Numbered from the stretch's first letter, positions 10,130 to 19,892 are shown. The stretch is DNA of 64,000 nucleotides from an uncultured Lachnospiraceae bacterium (GCA_910584965.1 CAJUDZ010000011.1:17088-81087), one strand, 5' to 3'. Notes: generated by a model from the sequence alone, not told the origin. Translations and numbers: made by a program.

Positions 10130-10909
10130 ATGGTTCAGGGAAAGGTTGAGATCTGCGGCGTCAATACCGCCAAACTTCCATTGTTAAAAAATGCGGAAAA
10201 GGAGGAACTTTTCCGGAAAATCGGAGACGGGGACGACAATGCGAGAAAAGAATACATCAAAGGTAATCTGCGGCTTGTTTTAAGCGTCATCAAACGATTC
10301 CATTCCAGCAATGAAAATGTGGATGATCTTTTCCAGATCGGCTGCATCGGCCTGATTAAAGCAATCGATAATTTCGACAGCAGCCTGAACGTGAAATTTT
10401 CCACTTATGCGGTACCGATGATTATCGGGGAAATCCGGCGCTATCTGCGGGATTCCAACAGCATCCGCGTTTCCCGCTCCTTAAAGGACACCGCCTATAA
10501 AGCCATCTATGCGAAAGAAAATCTGACCAGAAAAAACGCACAGGAACCCACCATCAACGAAATTGCCGCGGAAATCGGCATTTCCCAGGAAGATATCGTC
10601 TATGCGCTCGACGCCATCCAGAGCCCGATGAGCCTGTACGAGCCGATTTATACGGACGGCGGGGACACGCTCTACGTCATGGACCAGATCAGCGATAAAA
10701 AGAACAAAGAAGAAGTCTGGGTTGAACATATCTCCCTGAGCGAAGCCATGAAGAAACTGTCGGAACGGGAATATGAGATCATCACGCTGCGTTTCTTTGA
10801 GGGAAAAACCCAGATGGAAGTCGCGGACAAAATCGGCATTTCCCAGGCACAGGTCTCCCGCCTGGAAAAAAATGCGCTGAAAACAATGCGGAACTATCTG
10901 ACGGCGTAG
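10130..10909 (+). CDS. sigG: sporulation sigma factor SigG
   Basis: KVEICGVNTAKLPLLKN...GNLRLVLSVIKRF...VKFSTYAVPMIIGEIRRYLRD...GISQAQVSRLEK; near-collinear with B. subtilis SigG as I remember it. Confidence 0.85.
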   Translation: MVQGKVEICGVNTAKLPLLKNAEKEELFRKIGDGDDNARKEYIKGNLRLVLSVIKRFHSSNENVDDLFQIGCIGLIKAIDNFDSSLNVKFSTYAVPMIIGEIRRYLRDSNSIRVSRSLKDTAYKAIYAKENLTRKNAQEPTINEIAAEIGISQEDIVYALDAIQSPMSLYEPIYTDGGDTLYVMDQISDKKNKEEVWVEHISLSEAMKKLSEREYEIITLRFFEGKTQMEVADKIGISQAQVSRLEKNALKTMRNYLTA

Positions 10910-10954
10910 CCTCCACGGTTACAGCAATTTCCTAACGGCAATTTCCTATAAATT

Positions 10955-10981
10955 AAAAAGCGCAGGCCCGGCGGCCTGCGC
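10955..10981. terminator. bidirectional terminator between convergent sigG and the GGDEF gene
   Basis: Stem GCGCAGGCC/GGCCTGCGC with loop CGGC. T-run on the minus side (TTTTTAATTT); weaker on the plus side. Confidence 0.7.
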
Positions 10982-10989
10982 TGTAAAAT

Positions 10990-13011
10990 TTACTTCTCCC
11001 CGGCATTGTTACGGAGATTGGCAATATCATAGGATAACGTAATATCCCTGTCGCCATACAGTTTGAAATAGTTCTGTACAATACGCTCCGTTACGACACG
11101 GATATCGCTCCGTTCGGCCCCTAACAAAATCACGAGGAACTGGGAACTGCTGTATCTCGTTCCGACGTCCACGCCGCGAAGGGATTTGATAATCGCCTGT
11201 TCCATACACTGCATGGCCCGTTCCATCTGTTCGATTCGAATATCGCTTCCGTCTGAAGAATAAAGGGTAAAAAGAATCAGCTGCATTTCCTGTTTATTCC
11301 GCTGAGAAAAGTGCATGATAAAATCATAAACCCGCCCAAACTCTTCATAAGCGATCTGAAAGGCGCCGTGATAAGTCTGCCTGCTCTCCACCATGCTCAC
11401 CAGTCTGCCCAGATCGGCTTTCGACTGTTCCAGCGTCTTGGCCATGCTGGTTCCCTGATAAAACAGATAGCGCTGCTTGTCATTATTGTTCTGTTTGACA
11501 TGGTATAAAGCCTTGTCCGCTTTTCTCACAAGTTCCGCAAAGCTTCCGCCGTCCACGCCATAAAGGCTGATACCGATGGAAAGAGAAATATTTCTCAGCA
11601 TGCTGATCTGCTTCTTCCGTTCCTCAAAGGATGACAGAATCAGCCTGACCTTCTCTTCCGCCTCTTCCTGCCTGGTAATGCCGTCCACATAATATAAAAA
11701 TTCGTCACCGCCCATACGGCAGACGATATTCTTCCTGGAAACTTCTTTCAGCAGATCGGCTACCTCTTTCAGCACATAATCACCTGCCAGATGGCCGAAT
11801 TTATCGTTCATTTCCCGGAAATTATCCAGATCGATCATCATAATGCAGCCGTTGCCGTTCCGCAGACTCTCGGTAATTTCCTTTTCGCCCTGTTCTCTGC
11901 CGAGCAGTCCCGTCAGATAATCCAGTTTGGTATTCAATCCGGTCTCTTCTCTCGTTACGCCGCCATATATTTTATCGCTGTTAAAAATCGGCATAACCAT
12001 ATCTTCTTCCGGAATATTCTGCTGCAAATTGCCTTCTTCCAGCAGTTCCATGAACTGATCCACCAGATAAGGGTCAAACTGGGAACCTTTGCCCCGTACC
12101 AGCTCCTGACGCACCATTTCGTCCTGTAACCGTTTCCTGTATACACGGTTGCTCGTCATGGCATCATACGAATCCACGATACCGATAATCCTTGCGACGA
12201 CGGGGATTTCATCGCCTTTCAGGCCGCTCGGATATCCTTTTCCGTCATACCGCTCGTGATGATATTTGGCGCCTACGCTGACGTTTGGAAACATCTTGAT
12301 ATCTTTTAAAATTTCCGCGCCCATGACCGTATGATTCTTAATCAGCTCAAACTCCACGTTGGTCAGCTTAAACGGTTTGTTCAGCACAGAATCCGGCACG
12401 CCGATTTTCCCGATATCGTGTAAAAGCGCAATATAATGGATGTTCTGCACCTCGTCTTCCGACCAGCCGATTTTCCGTGCCAGCGCTTCCGAATAATAGG
12501 CGACACGTATCGAATGCCCTTTCGTATAATCATCTTTGGCGTCGATGGTATTGGCTACCGTCGTAATGGCCTGTATCGTTACAAGTTCCACTTCTCTCGT
12601 TTTCTCTTCCAGCCTGCGCTGCAAATCTTTCCGGTACCCGTCCAGTTCTATCGCGCGGCGGATTCGGTTCAGCATAATGCCGGGCTCAAAAGGCTTCGTA
12701 ATGAAATCATGCGCCCCCATCTGAAAACATTTCGATTCCGTTTCCGTCTTCTTATCCGCCGTCAGGAAAATAACCGGAATCTTACACCAGTCCTCGTTTT
12801 CCTGCAGCAGCTTCATTACCTCAAAACCGCCGATCTCCGGCATAAAAATATCTAAAAGAATCAAATCAGGCCTGTACTTCATCAGATATTTAAAAGCCTG
12901 TTTGCCGGAATTGACACCGACTACTTTATATTCCTCTATCAAAAACTTCTGTGCCGTTACCAGATTCATTCTGTCGTCATCCACGATCAGAATCGTCTTT
13001 TTTAAACCCAT
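10990..13011 (-). CDS. response regulator with REC, HD-GYP, GGDEF and a C-terminal degenerate GGDEF-like domain
   Basis: Trimmed to MGLKKTILIVDDD. REC (DLILLDIFMPE), HD-GYP (LLHDIGK...HHERYDGKGYP), GGDEF (RMGGDEFL). The last ~150 aa are GGDEF-like with YSSSQF at the signature position. Confidence 0.85.
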   Translation of the reverse strand: MGLKKTILIVDDDRMNLVTAQKFLIEEYKVVGVNSGKQAFKYLMKYRPDLILLDIFMPEIGGFEVMKLLQENEDWCKIPVIFLTADKKTETESKCFQMGAHDFITKPFEPGIMLNRIRRAIELDGYRKDLQRRLEEKTREVELVTIQAITTVANTIDAKDDYTKGHSIRVAYYSEALARKIGWSEDEVQNIHYIALLHDIGKIGVPDSVLNKPFKLTNVEFELIKNHTVMGAEILKDIKMFPNVSVGAKYHHERYDGKGYPSGLKGDEIPVVARIIGIVDSYDAMTSNRVYRKRLQDEMVRQELVRGKGSQFDPYLVDQFMELLEEGNLQQNIPEEDMVMPIFNSDKIYGGVTREETGLNTKLDYLTGLLGREQGEKEITESLRNGNGCIMMIDLDNFREMNDKFGHLAGDYVLKEVADLLKEVSRKNIVCRMGGDEFLYYVDGITRQEEAEEKVRLILSSFEERKKQISMLRNISLSIGISLYGVDGGSFAELVRKADKALYHVKQNNNDKQRYLFYQGTSMAKTLEQSKADLGRLVSMVESRQTYHGAFQIAYEEFGRVYDFIMHFSQRNKQEMQLILFTLYSSDGSDIRIEQMERAMQCMEQAIIKSLRGVDVGTRYSSSQFLVILLGAERSDIRVVTERIVQNYFKLYGDRDITLSYDIANLRNNAGEK

Positions 13012-13095
13012 ATATGTACCCCCATATATACTGCAAAAAACATCGCAAGAATGCCCTTTCAGGATTCTTCTTGTTTTATTATACGTTTTTTCAAT

Positions 13096-13128
13096 CAAAA
13101 AAGCAATCGGATATCTGATAATATCCGA
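13096..13128 (-). terminator. intrinsic terminator after sigE
   Basis: Stem TCGGATAT/ATATCCGA (13107-13114 and 13121-13128), followed on the minus strand by TTGCTTTTTTG. Confidence 0.65.
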
Positions 13129-13164
13129 CTGCCTTCCGTCATTTTATATTTTATGTGCAGGGCC

Positions 13165-13905
13165 TTATGTTTCCCGCAAAATCTCTTTTTTCAGTCTGCG
13201 CATGATTTTTTTCTCCAGTCTGGAAATATAGGACTGTGAAATGCCAAGCAGCTCCGCAACTTCCTTCTGTGTCAGTTCTTTTCCGTCCGCATTGCCAAGC
13301 CCGAAACGCAGCCTGATAATGGTCTGCTCCCGTTCCGAAAGCCTGGAAATGGCTTTCAGCAAGAGTTTTCTCTCCACCTCGTTTTCGATATCCTGATAGA
13401 TGACGTCTTCATCCGTTCCCAGAATATCGGAAAGCAAAAGTTCATTCCCGTCCCAATCCACATTGAGCGGTTCGTCAATGGATACTTCCATTTTATGCTT
13501 GCTGTTCCGCCGCAGATACATCAGGATTTCATTCTCGATGCAGCGTGAAGCATAAGTTGCCAGTTTGATGTTCTTTTCCGGATTAAAAGTATTGATAGAC
13601 TTTATCAGCCCAATCGTGCCGATGGATATCAGATCTTCCACACCCACGCCCGTATTATCAAACTTTTTGGCTATGTATACGACCAGACGCAGATTATGTT
13701 CGATTAACAGCGCTTTTGCCTCGTTTTCATATTCCGTTCCGAGATCGCCTATAATTTCATTTTCTTTTTCTACTTCAAGCGGCGGCGGCAATACCTCCGC
13801 GCCTCCTATATAATGTATATCCCCCTGCCTGTGCATCAGGAATCTGGTATCCCTGCGCACCATTTTAAACTGTACTTTGCCGGGAATTGCCACTTTAAAA
13901 ACCAT
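13165..13905 (-). CDS. sigE: pro-sigma-E (sporulation sigma factor SigE)
   Basis: [13 protein letters not shown]...[12 protein letters not shown]...[21 protein letters not shown]...[13 protein letters not shown]. Lies immediately downstream of spoIIGA. Confidence 0.85.
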   Translation of the reverse strand: MVFKVAIPGKVQFKMVRRDTRFLMHRQGDIHYIGGAEVLPPPLEVEKENEIIGDLGTEYENEAKALLIEHNLRLVVYIAKKFDNTGVGVEDLISIGTIGLIKSINTFNPEKNIKLATYASRCIENEILMYLRRNSKHKMEVSIDEPLNVDWDGNELLLSDILGTDEDVIYQDIENEVERKLLLKAISRLSEREQTIIRLRFGLGNADGKELTQKEVAELLGISQSYISRLEKKIMRRLKKEILRET

Positions 13906-13916
13906 CTTTTTTCCTC

Positions 13917-14726
13917 CTAGTTTTCCATTAGTTGAGGATGTAATATCATCTGATAAAGGCTATCCTGTGATATTCCCGTATTGCAAATTGCGACAATGAC
14001 CCTTTTGCAGCATATTTCCCGATAAGTATCTTCAATAATAAGCTCCGGAAGCTCATACGCATCCAGAATGCCTCTTTTCTTTCCAATGCTCTGAAAGGGA
14101 ATGGCATGATACCTTTCGGGCAGAAAAAAATCCTGAATCGTTCCGGCGGCGCTTTCGCTGATAATACAGACCGGCGCGCCGTTTACGGGTTCGCACAAAT
14201 GATTCCCCGTATCCAAAAGCGCTTTTAAACACACATTTTTCTCTCCCAAAGGAATCCTGACCGCCTTTAAATCCTCCGCTTTTTCCCGATACAGCCTCCG
14301 AATCAGAAACCGGAAAAAACCGTAACCGATATAACCGGAAAAAGCAAGCGCCCAGATACCATATTGTCTTTTTCCAAACCATGCAAAACGTTCGGTGAGC
14401 CATAACACGACGCCTCCCAGCAGAAGACCGCATGTACCCATAACCATGCTGCTCTTTATCAGAAGCCCCGGCGGCCGGATCGCAAACGCAACACGAATCA
14501 TACACATACTGACAGGTATCACCCAAAGCGCGAGCCTTATCCTCAGATTCCAGACCGGAAATAAAATGACCAGACATATCATTCCGGCCCCCAGTAAGGC
14601 TCCGGGCACAATCCTTCCATGCGTGGCAGTACATTTCAGAACTTTACCCGTTATGGATAATAAATACAGATTCATAACGAACTGAACAAAAAAAACGCTG
14701 TCAATATACAATTTGTAATACACCAA
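13917..14726 (-). CDS. spoIIGA: sigma-E processing peptidase SpoIIGA
   Basis: Polytopic N-terminus and LLDTGNHL aspartic-protease motif. The ORF opens with TTG (14726) followed by GTG (14723), just after an in-frame TGA. Confidence 0.85.
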   Translation of the reverse strand: MVYYKLYIDSVFFVQFVMNLYLLSITGKVLKCTATHGRIVPGALLGAGMICLVILFPVWNLRIRLALWVIPVSMCMIRVAFAIRPPGLLIKSSMVMGTCGLLLGGVVLWLTERFAWFGKRQYGIWALAFSGYIGYGFFRFLIRRLYREKAEDLKAVRIPLGEKNVCLKALLDTGNHLCEPVNGAPVCIISESAAGTIQDFFLPERYHAIPFQSIGKKRGILDAYELPELIIEDTYREICCKRVIVAICNTGISQDSLYQMILHPQLMEN

Positions 14727-14772
14727 TCACCATGCCTTTCTCTCAGTATACGATACCTCCTGTTTCTGCTTC

Positions 14773-14805
14773 ATTATATGAAAAAAGGAGCGATAATTTT
14801 GTCAA
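14773..14805 (-). promoter_or_regulatory. spoIIGA promoter candidate: TTGACA, 21-nt spacer, TATAAT
   Basis: Minus strand TTGACA (14800-14805), 21 nt, then TATAAT (14773-14778), about 45 nt upstream of the spoIIGA start. Confidence 0.5.
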
Positions 14806-14852
14806 ATCCAGGGAGCATTTCCAAAATATTTTCTGACTATTTTCGCACAACC

Positions 14853-14882
14853 AAAAATCGTCGCCCGGCGGCGACGATTTTT
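14853..14882. terminator. bidirectional intrinsic terminator ending the ftsZ 3' region
   Basis: AAAAATCGTCGCC-CGGC-GGCGACGATTTTT; 9-bp GC-rich stem with a U-tract on both strands. Confidence 0.75.
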
Positions 14883-14905
14883 GAATAGAATTATGCTGTG
14901 GCAAT

Positions 14906-15121
14906 TTCACGCAAAGAGGACTCTAACGCAGCGTATTTTGCGGCCTTCACATCCCCGGAAGAATCGCCTGAGCGATTCTTTCACGCAAAGTTATAGGACT
15001 TCTTAGGCGGCGTATTTTACAGCCTTCACATCCCCGGAAGAATCGCCTGAGCGATTCTTTCACGCAAAGTTATAGGACTTCTTAAGCTGCGTATTTTGCA
15101 GCTTTAGAAGTCCTCTTTGCG
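14906..15121 (-). repeat. about 3 tandem 74-79 bp hairpin-containing repeats in the ftsZ 3' region
   Basis: cacgcaaag starts at 14908, 14982 and 15061. Repeated 9-bp-stem hairpins aagaatcgc/gcgattctt at 14959-14980 and 15038-15059. A 13-bp perfect inverted repeat (14910-14922 and 15109-15121) brackets the array. Confidence 0.85.
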
Positions 15122-16357
15122 TTATTTTCGTTGCAGAAAATCCGGTATCTTCAAGGATTTCTCTTCCACGGAACTCTTGATGTCTGCGGCCCGGTTGATG
15201 CCCGCAATCGGCCTCACGCTGTCCGCCTGCGCCTCTCCCTGCGTTCCGGCTCCCTGTCCGGCCAGTATGGAAGAAGGACGGATGCCCAGATTGGCCGTAC
15301 CAAAACCGACATGCCCTGCACCGGCGCCGGTTCCGCCTGCCTTGCTCTGTAAAGAAGTAGGGGTTATGTAGGCCGACTTGAATCCGAGTCCTTTCAGCTG
15401 ATTTGCTTTCTCTTCGATACCCGTTGCGATAATCGTAACCTTACATGTATCCGACATATTCGCGTCATACATCGCGCCGAAAATGATATTTACGTCATCG
15501 CCCGTCAGTTCCCTGACATAATCTGCCGCATCGGATGCGTCCGCCAGCGAAATATCCCCCGATACGTTAATAATAACATGTGTTGCGCCTGAAATCGTTG
15601 TTTCGAGAAGCGGGCTCTCAACCGCCATTTTAACGGCTTCGCTCGCCTTGTCCTCACCTTTTCCTCCGCCAATGCCGATATGCGCGATTCCCTTATCTTT
15701 CATAACGGTCTGCACATCCGCGAAGTCCAGGTTAATAACCGCCGGTACATTGATCAGGTCGGTAATACCCTGTACAGCCTGCTGCAATACTTCGTCCGCT
15801 TTTTTTAACGCGTCCGGCATCGTCGTTCTTCTGTCAACGATTTCCAAAAGTTTGTCATTCGGAATGACAATCAGTGTGTCCACGTTGTCTTTTATTTTAT
15901 CGATACCGTTCAGCGCATTGACCATTCGCGCCTTCGCTTCAAAACGAAAGGGCTTTGTCACGACGCCTACCGTCAGGATTCCCATATCCTTTGCCAGCTT
16001 GGCAACAACCGGTGCCGCACCGGTTCCGGTTCCGCCGCCCATACCGCAGGTAACGAATACCATATCCGCTCCTTTTAAAGCGAGCGCAATCTCCTCTTCG
16101 CTTTCCTCAGCGGCTTTCTCGCCGATTTCCGGTTTGGCGCCGGCTCCAAGTCCTTTGGTAAGCTTCTCGCCGATCTGTAAAAGTCTTGGGGCTTTGCAGA
16201 GCTGCAGCGCCTGCTTGTCCGTATTGATTCCGATAAAATCCACTCCGTCAATACTTTCGTCAATCATTCTATTAACAGCATTATTACCCGCTCCACCAAC
16301 GCCTATAACGATTATCTTTGCAGCGGATTCAGCATCGTTTGTCTTAATTTCAAGCAA
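15122..16357 (-). CDS. ftsZ: cell division protein FtsZ
   Basis: [29 protein letters not shown]. Apparent TTG start 7 nt after AGGAGG. Confidence 0.95.
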   Translation of the reverse strand: MLEIKTNDAESAAKIIVIGVGGAGNNAVNRMIDESIDGVDFIGINTDKQALQLCKAPRLLQIGEKLTKGLGAGAKPEIGEKAAEESEEEIALALKGADMVFVTCGMGGGTGTGAAPVVAKLAKDMGILTVGVVTKPFRFEAKARMVNALNGIDKIKDNVDTLIVIPNDKLLEIVDRRTTMPDALKKADEVLQQAVQGITDLINVPAVINLDFADVQTVMKDKGIAHIGIGGGKGEDKASEAVKMAVESPLLETTISGATHVIINVSGDISLADASDAADYVRELTGDDVNIIFGAMYDANMSDTCKVTIIATGIEEKANQLKGLGFKSAYITPTSLQSKAGGTGAGAGHVGFGTANLGIRPSSILAGQGAGTQGEAQADSVRPIAGINRAADIKSSVEEKSLKIPDFLQRK

Positions 16358-16409
16358 GGTAGTACCTCCTTTTATTACAAAATAAACTCATATTAAACTC
16401 ATATAGATT

Positions 16410-16438
16410 ATCATATAATTATTTCTTCAAATTAGCAA
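16410..16438 (-). promoter_or_regulatory. candidate sigma-A promoter for ftsZ (TTGCTA-17 nt-TATGAT)
   Basis: -35 at 16433-16438 and -10 at 16410-16415 on the minus strand. Confidence 0.4.
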
Positions 16439-16512
16439 CCTATTTTTTTGATTTTCGATCCCTTTTCGTTCCGAACAGCGGGTCAAACCGACGGATTGTC
16501 AGAAATTACCAG

Positions 16513-17370
16513 TTAATCCGGTTCAAAACTGATCATCTTTGTATCCTCTGTATATTCTCTCATATCCAGCGTTCCGCTCTTTCCTTCGAGGCTCGGAAGC
16601 ATGTACTGAAGCCCCATGATTTTCTCATCGATATCAGCGCTCGCACCCATCGCAACTCTGGCGTTACCGAAAATAAGCGTCACCTGATAATCCGGCGAAA
16701 AATAGATCTTGTCCACCGGCAGGGAATGCTTTTCAAGCAGCTGCGTAATATTCAGAATATCCTCAAAAACCGCCTGGTTCTCCACCGGAAGCGGCTCATG
16801 GAGAATCACATGAGAAAAGGAAAGCCCCGTCACCTGAGGGATTCCCGGCGTACTCTCTTCGGAAGTTTCCACGACAATGCCGTCCTTATCAAAATAAATA
16901 TACCTTCCCAGATAAGCCACATATCCCGCGACGGCCTTTTCATATACTTTAATCCTGATTGTGTCTTTCGATTCCACGGTAACATCCATCGTCTGCACGA
17001 AAGGAACGTTGTCGATTCCCTTGTCCCGGTATTTCAAAGACAGAAAAAGAGAGTTATTCCCGTACCTTCCGTCCATGACCATCGCTATGATTTCTTCATT
17101 CGTATAGTGGACGTTCCCTTCCACATAAACGGTCGTAATCGTATAATTATCTACTATATATATGTATCCCGACGCAAGCGCAATGAGCAGCAGTATGAGG
17201 ATGGCAGAAAGAATCACGAGCCGTTTCACTCTGCCAAAGCGGATTTTCTGTTCTATCTTCTCTTTCTGATCCGCTTTTTCTTTCTGCTTTCCCTTCGTCA
17301 TACCGCTTTTTACGAGCCGCAAATTAGAATTTTTTTTATTTGATTTTTTTACCGCTTTTTTGCCGCTCAT
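16513..17370 (-). CDS. divIB: cell division protein FtsQ/DivIB (POTRA domain)
   Basis: Basic N-terminus, single TM (LVILSAILILLLIALASGYIYIV), then POTRA-like YTITTVYVEGNVHYTNEEI. Sits in the dcw cluster. Confidence 0.75.
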   Translation of the reverse strand: MSGKKAVKKSNKKNSNLRLVKSGMTKGKQKEKADQKEKIEQKIRFGRVKRLVILSAILILLLIALASGYIYIVDNYTITTVYVEGNVHYTNEEIIAMVMDGRYGNNSLFLSLKYRDKGIDNVPFVQTMDVTVESKDTIRIKVYEKAVAGYVAYLGRYIYFDKDGIVVETSEESTPGIPQVTGLSFSHVILHEPLPVENQAVFEDILNITQLLEKHSLPVDKIYFSPDYQVTLIFGNARVAMGASADIDEKIMGLQYMLPSLEGKSGTLDMREYTEDTKMISFEPD

Positions 17371-17395
17371 ATCCTGATTCCCTGCATCTTAAACT

Positions 17396-18646
17396 TCATT
17401 CCTTTTTACATCTTGCGCCGAGAGAACACAAATCATGACAAATATCTTCATAACCTCTCTCGATAAAATGTCTGTTCTTCACAACACTTCTGCCCTGCGC
17501 CGCACAGCCCGCTATCACTAACGCCGCACCGCCGCGCAGTTCTTCCGCTCTCAGAGTGGTTCCGCACAGCGTCCTGACGCCGCTCACACAGACTTTGTTT
17601 TTCTGACAGTCAATTCTCGCTCCCATCTGCCGCAGCTGCGGCACAATGCGGAAACGGTTCTCAAAAATCGTTTCTTCCAGGACTCCTTCCCCGTCCGCCA
17701 GCGTCATCGCTGCCAGAAAAGCGGACTGTAAATCCGTCGGAAATCCGGGATAGCATGCCGTTATGAGTCCGGGAGGCATGACTCTCCTTTCGATACAGGT
17801 AACGGCAATCCCTTCTTTGCTTTCTTCGATGCCGGCCCCCATGGAAGCCGCGGCCGCGCTCACCGCCTTCATCTGCATACAGGGCGCGCCTTTTAAAAAG
17901 ACTTCCCCGCCGCAGCACAGGCAGGCCGCCAGATAGGTTCCCGCCACAATTCTGTCAGCCGGGACTTTATAGGAAACTTCATGCAGCTTTTCCACGCCCC
18001 GGATACACAGCCTTTTGGTGCCCACGCCTTCGATCTTCGCCCCCGCTTTTATCAAAAAGTCGCACAGCGCAGTTATTTCCGGCTCTTTTGCCGCATTTTC
18101 GATAACGGTATTTCCATTGGCAAGAACCGCCGCAAGTACAAGATTTTCCGTCGCTCCCACACTGACTATCGGCAGCCTGTGCACCGCGCCGGTCAGTCCC
18201 TTTGTTTCCGCATCAAAGCCGTCTTCCCGTTCCCTGATCACGACACCCATTTTCCGCAATCCCTCAAGATGCAGATCAATCGGCCTGCTTCCGATGACAC
18301 AGCCGCCCGGATACTGCATGCTGACGCTTCCCGTCCGGGCCAGCAGCGCACCGAGCAGCATAATGGAAGAACGCATCACGCCAACGGAATCCGGCGGCAT
18401 GTCGCACCTTGATACCCCTGCGGCATCCACCCTGACCGTATGCCCATTTCTGTCTATGGTACAGCACAGACTTTCCATCAGACGCAGCATATGATATACA
18501 TCGCTGATCGCGGGACAATTTTCTATTTCACAGACGCCGTCGATTAACAGAGCGGCAGCAAGAATCGGCAGTACCGCATTTTTGGAACCCTGAATCCTGA
18601 CCTGACCATGAAGACAGTTTCCACCATATATCTGAATCGCATCCAT
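17396..18646 (-). CDS. murA: UDP-N-acetylglucosamine 1-carboxyvinyltransferase
   Basis: GQVRIQGSKNAVLPILAAALL, YPGGCVIGSRPIDLH (catalytic Cys), FPTDLQ, FENRF. Confidence 0.9.
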   Translation of the reverse strand: MDAIQIYGGNCLHGQVRIQGSKNAVLPILAAALLIDGVCEIENCPAISDVYHMLRLMESLCCTIDRNGHTVRVDAAGVSRCDMPPDSVGVMRSSIMLLGALLARTGSVSMQYPGGCVIGSRPIDLHLEGLRKMGVVIREREDGFDAETKGLTGAVHRLPIVSVGATENLVLAAVLANGNTVIENAAKEPEITALCDFLIKAGAKIEGVGTKRLCIRGVEKLHEVSYKVPADRIVAGTYLAACLCCGGEVFLKGAPCMQMKAVSAAAASMGAGIEESKEGIAVTCIERRVMPPGLITACYPGFPTDLQSAFLAAMTLADGEGVLEETIFENRFRIVPQLRQMGARIDCQKNKVCVSGVRTLCGTTLRAEELRGGAALVIAGCAAQGRSVVKNRHFIERGYEDICHDLCSLGARCKKE

Positions 18647-18719
18647 AGCAAAACCCCAAAGCAGATAATATATGACCTACTTTATCTATATGGTAAAAAC
18701 CGCAAAAATTATCTTGTAC

Positions 18720-19892
18720 TTATAAATCTTTTAACCGGATTCCCCTTGCAACGCTTAAAACAAGGCCGATTTCAATCAGCAGAAATAATACGGAAGTGCC
18801 CCCGTAACTGATAAAAGGAAGGGAAATTCCCGTATTGGGAATCGTATTCGTAACAACGGCTATGTTCAGTATCACCTGAATTGCAATATGTCCGAGCACG
18901 CCGACCACCAAAAGGGCGCCGAACAGATCGGGCGCGTTATTGGCGATGATCATGAAACGCCAGATCAGCATGATAAACATCAAAATAACGGCAATCGCTC
19001 CGAAAAGCCCCAGTTCTTCACAGATAATGGAAAAAATCATATCATTCTGCGCCTCCGGGATAAATCCCAGCTTCTGCTTACTGTTGCCAAGCCCTTTGCC
19101 GAGTATTCCGCCGGAGCCGATGGCGTAAAGTCCCTGCAGCGTCTGGAACCCTTTTCCTATCGCATAGGCCTCAGGATCCAGCCATGCCAGAATACGGCCG
19201 CCCCGGAATCCCAGATCTTCCGTTCCGCCGCTGGATTCCGCCAGTTTCACGATGATGAATACGATGATGGCCGCCGAAACGAGCGTTACAATTCCCAGAA
19301 TAATAAACCGCTTATAATCCGGGCAGGAAACGAACAGCATCAATACCGCAATTCCCATAACGATGATCGCGGAACTCAGATTGGATGTAATGCGCCATAA
19401 CATAATCGCGATCGGGACCGGCACCGCCAGCACGGTATAAAACCCTTTTCGCTGCCGGATGCTTTTTCCCATCGTACAGATCATACTCGCCAGAAACAGA
19501 ATCATGCCGAGCTTTGCAACCTCCGCAGGCTGCACGGAAATACCGGCGATATTAAGCCATCTTTTTGCACCGTGAGATTCCGTTCCAAACGGGATAATCA
19601 ACAAGATCAGAACAACGGAAACGATATAACCGAGCATCGCAAACTGTTCCCAGAAATGATACGGAATATTCGCAACTACCATCATCGCCACGATTCCGAC
19701 AACGGTTGCCCAGAACTGTTTTCTGAAATACCACGCAGCATCCCCGTCAAATTGCAGATTGGCAGAATAAGAACTGGTGGAATATACCATGACAAGACCG
19801 AATCCCAGCAGGAAAATAACGATGAATAGCAGCGTATAATCCATGTAATTCGGTATATTTGATTTTCTACGGGACGAATTTCTTTCTGCCAA
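18720..19892 (-). CDS. ftsW: FtsW/SpoVE-family SEDS peptidoglycan polymerase
   Basis: Polytopic membrane protein with PAEVAKL, GFIPEAQNDMIF and LPFISYGGTS motifs. Apparent TTG start 8 nt after AAGGAG. Confidence 0.85.
   Translation of the reverse strand: MAERNSSRRKSNIPNYMDYTLLFIVIFLLGFGLVMVYSTSSYSANLQFDGDAAWYFRKQFWATVVGIVAMMVVANIPYHFWEQFAMLGYIVSVVLILLIIPFGTESHGAKRWLNIAGISVQPAEVAKLGMILFLASMICTMGKSIRQRKGFYTVLAVPVPIAIMLWRITSNLSSAIIVMGIAVLMLFVSCPDYKRFIILGIVTLVSAAIIVFIIVKLAESSGGTEDLGFRGGRILAWLDPEAYAIGKGFQTLQGLYAIGSGGILGKGLGNSKQKLGFIPEAQNDMIFSIICEELGLFGAIAVILMFIMLIWRFMIIANNAPDLFGALLVVGVLGHIAIQVILNIAVVTNTIPNTGISLPFISYGGTSVLFLLIEIGLVLSVARGIRLKDL

Noticed and set aside
14053-14634. 193-aa minus-strand ORF nested in another frame of spoIIGA
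   Set aside because: The spoIIGA frame has the expected polytopic profile and DTGN motif. The alternative frame is Arg/Gly-rich nonsense.
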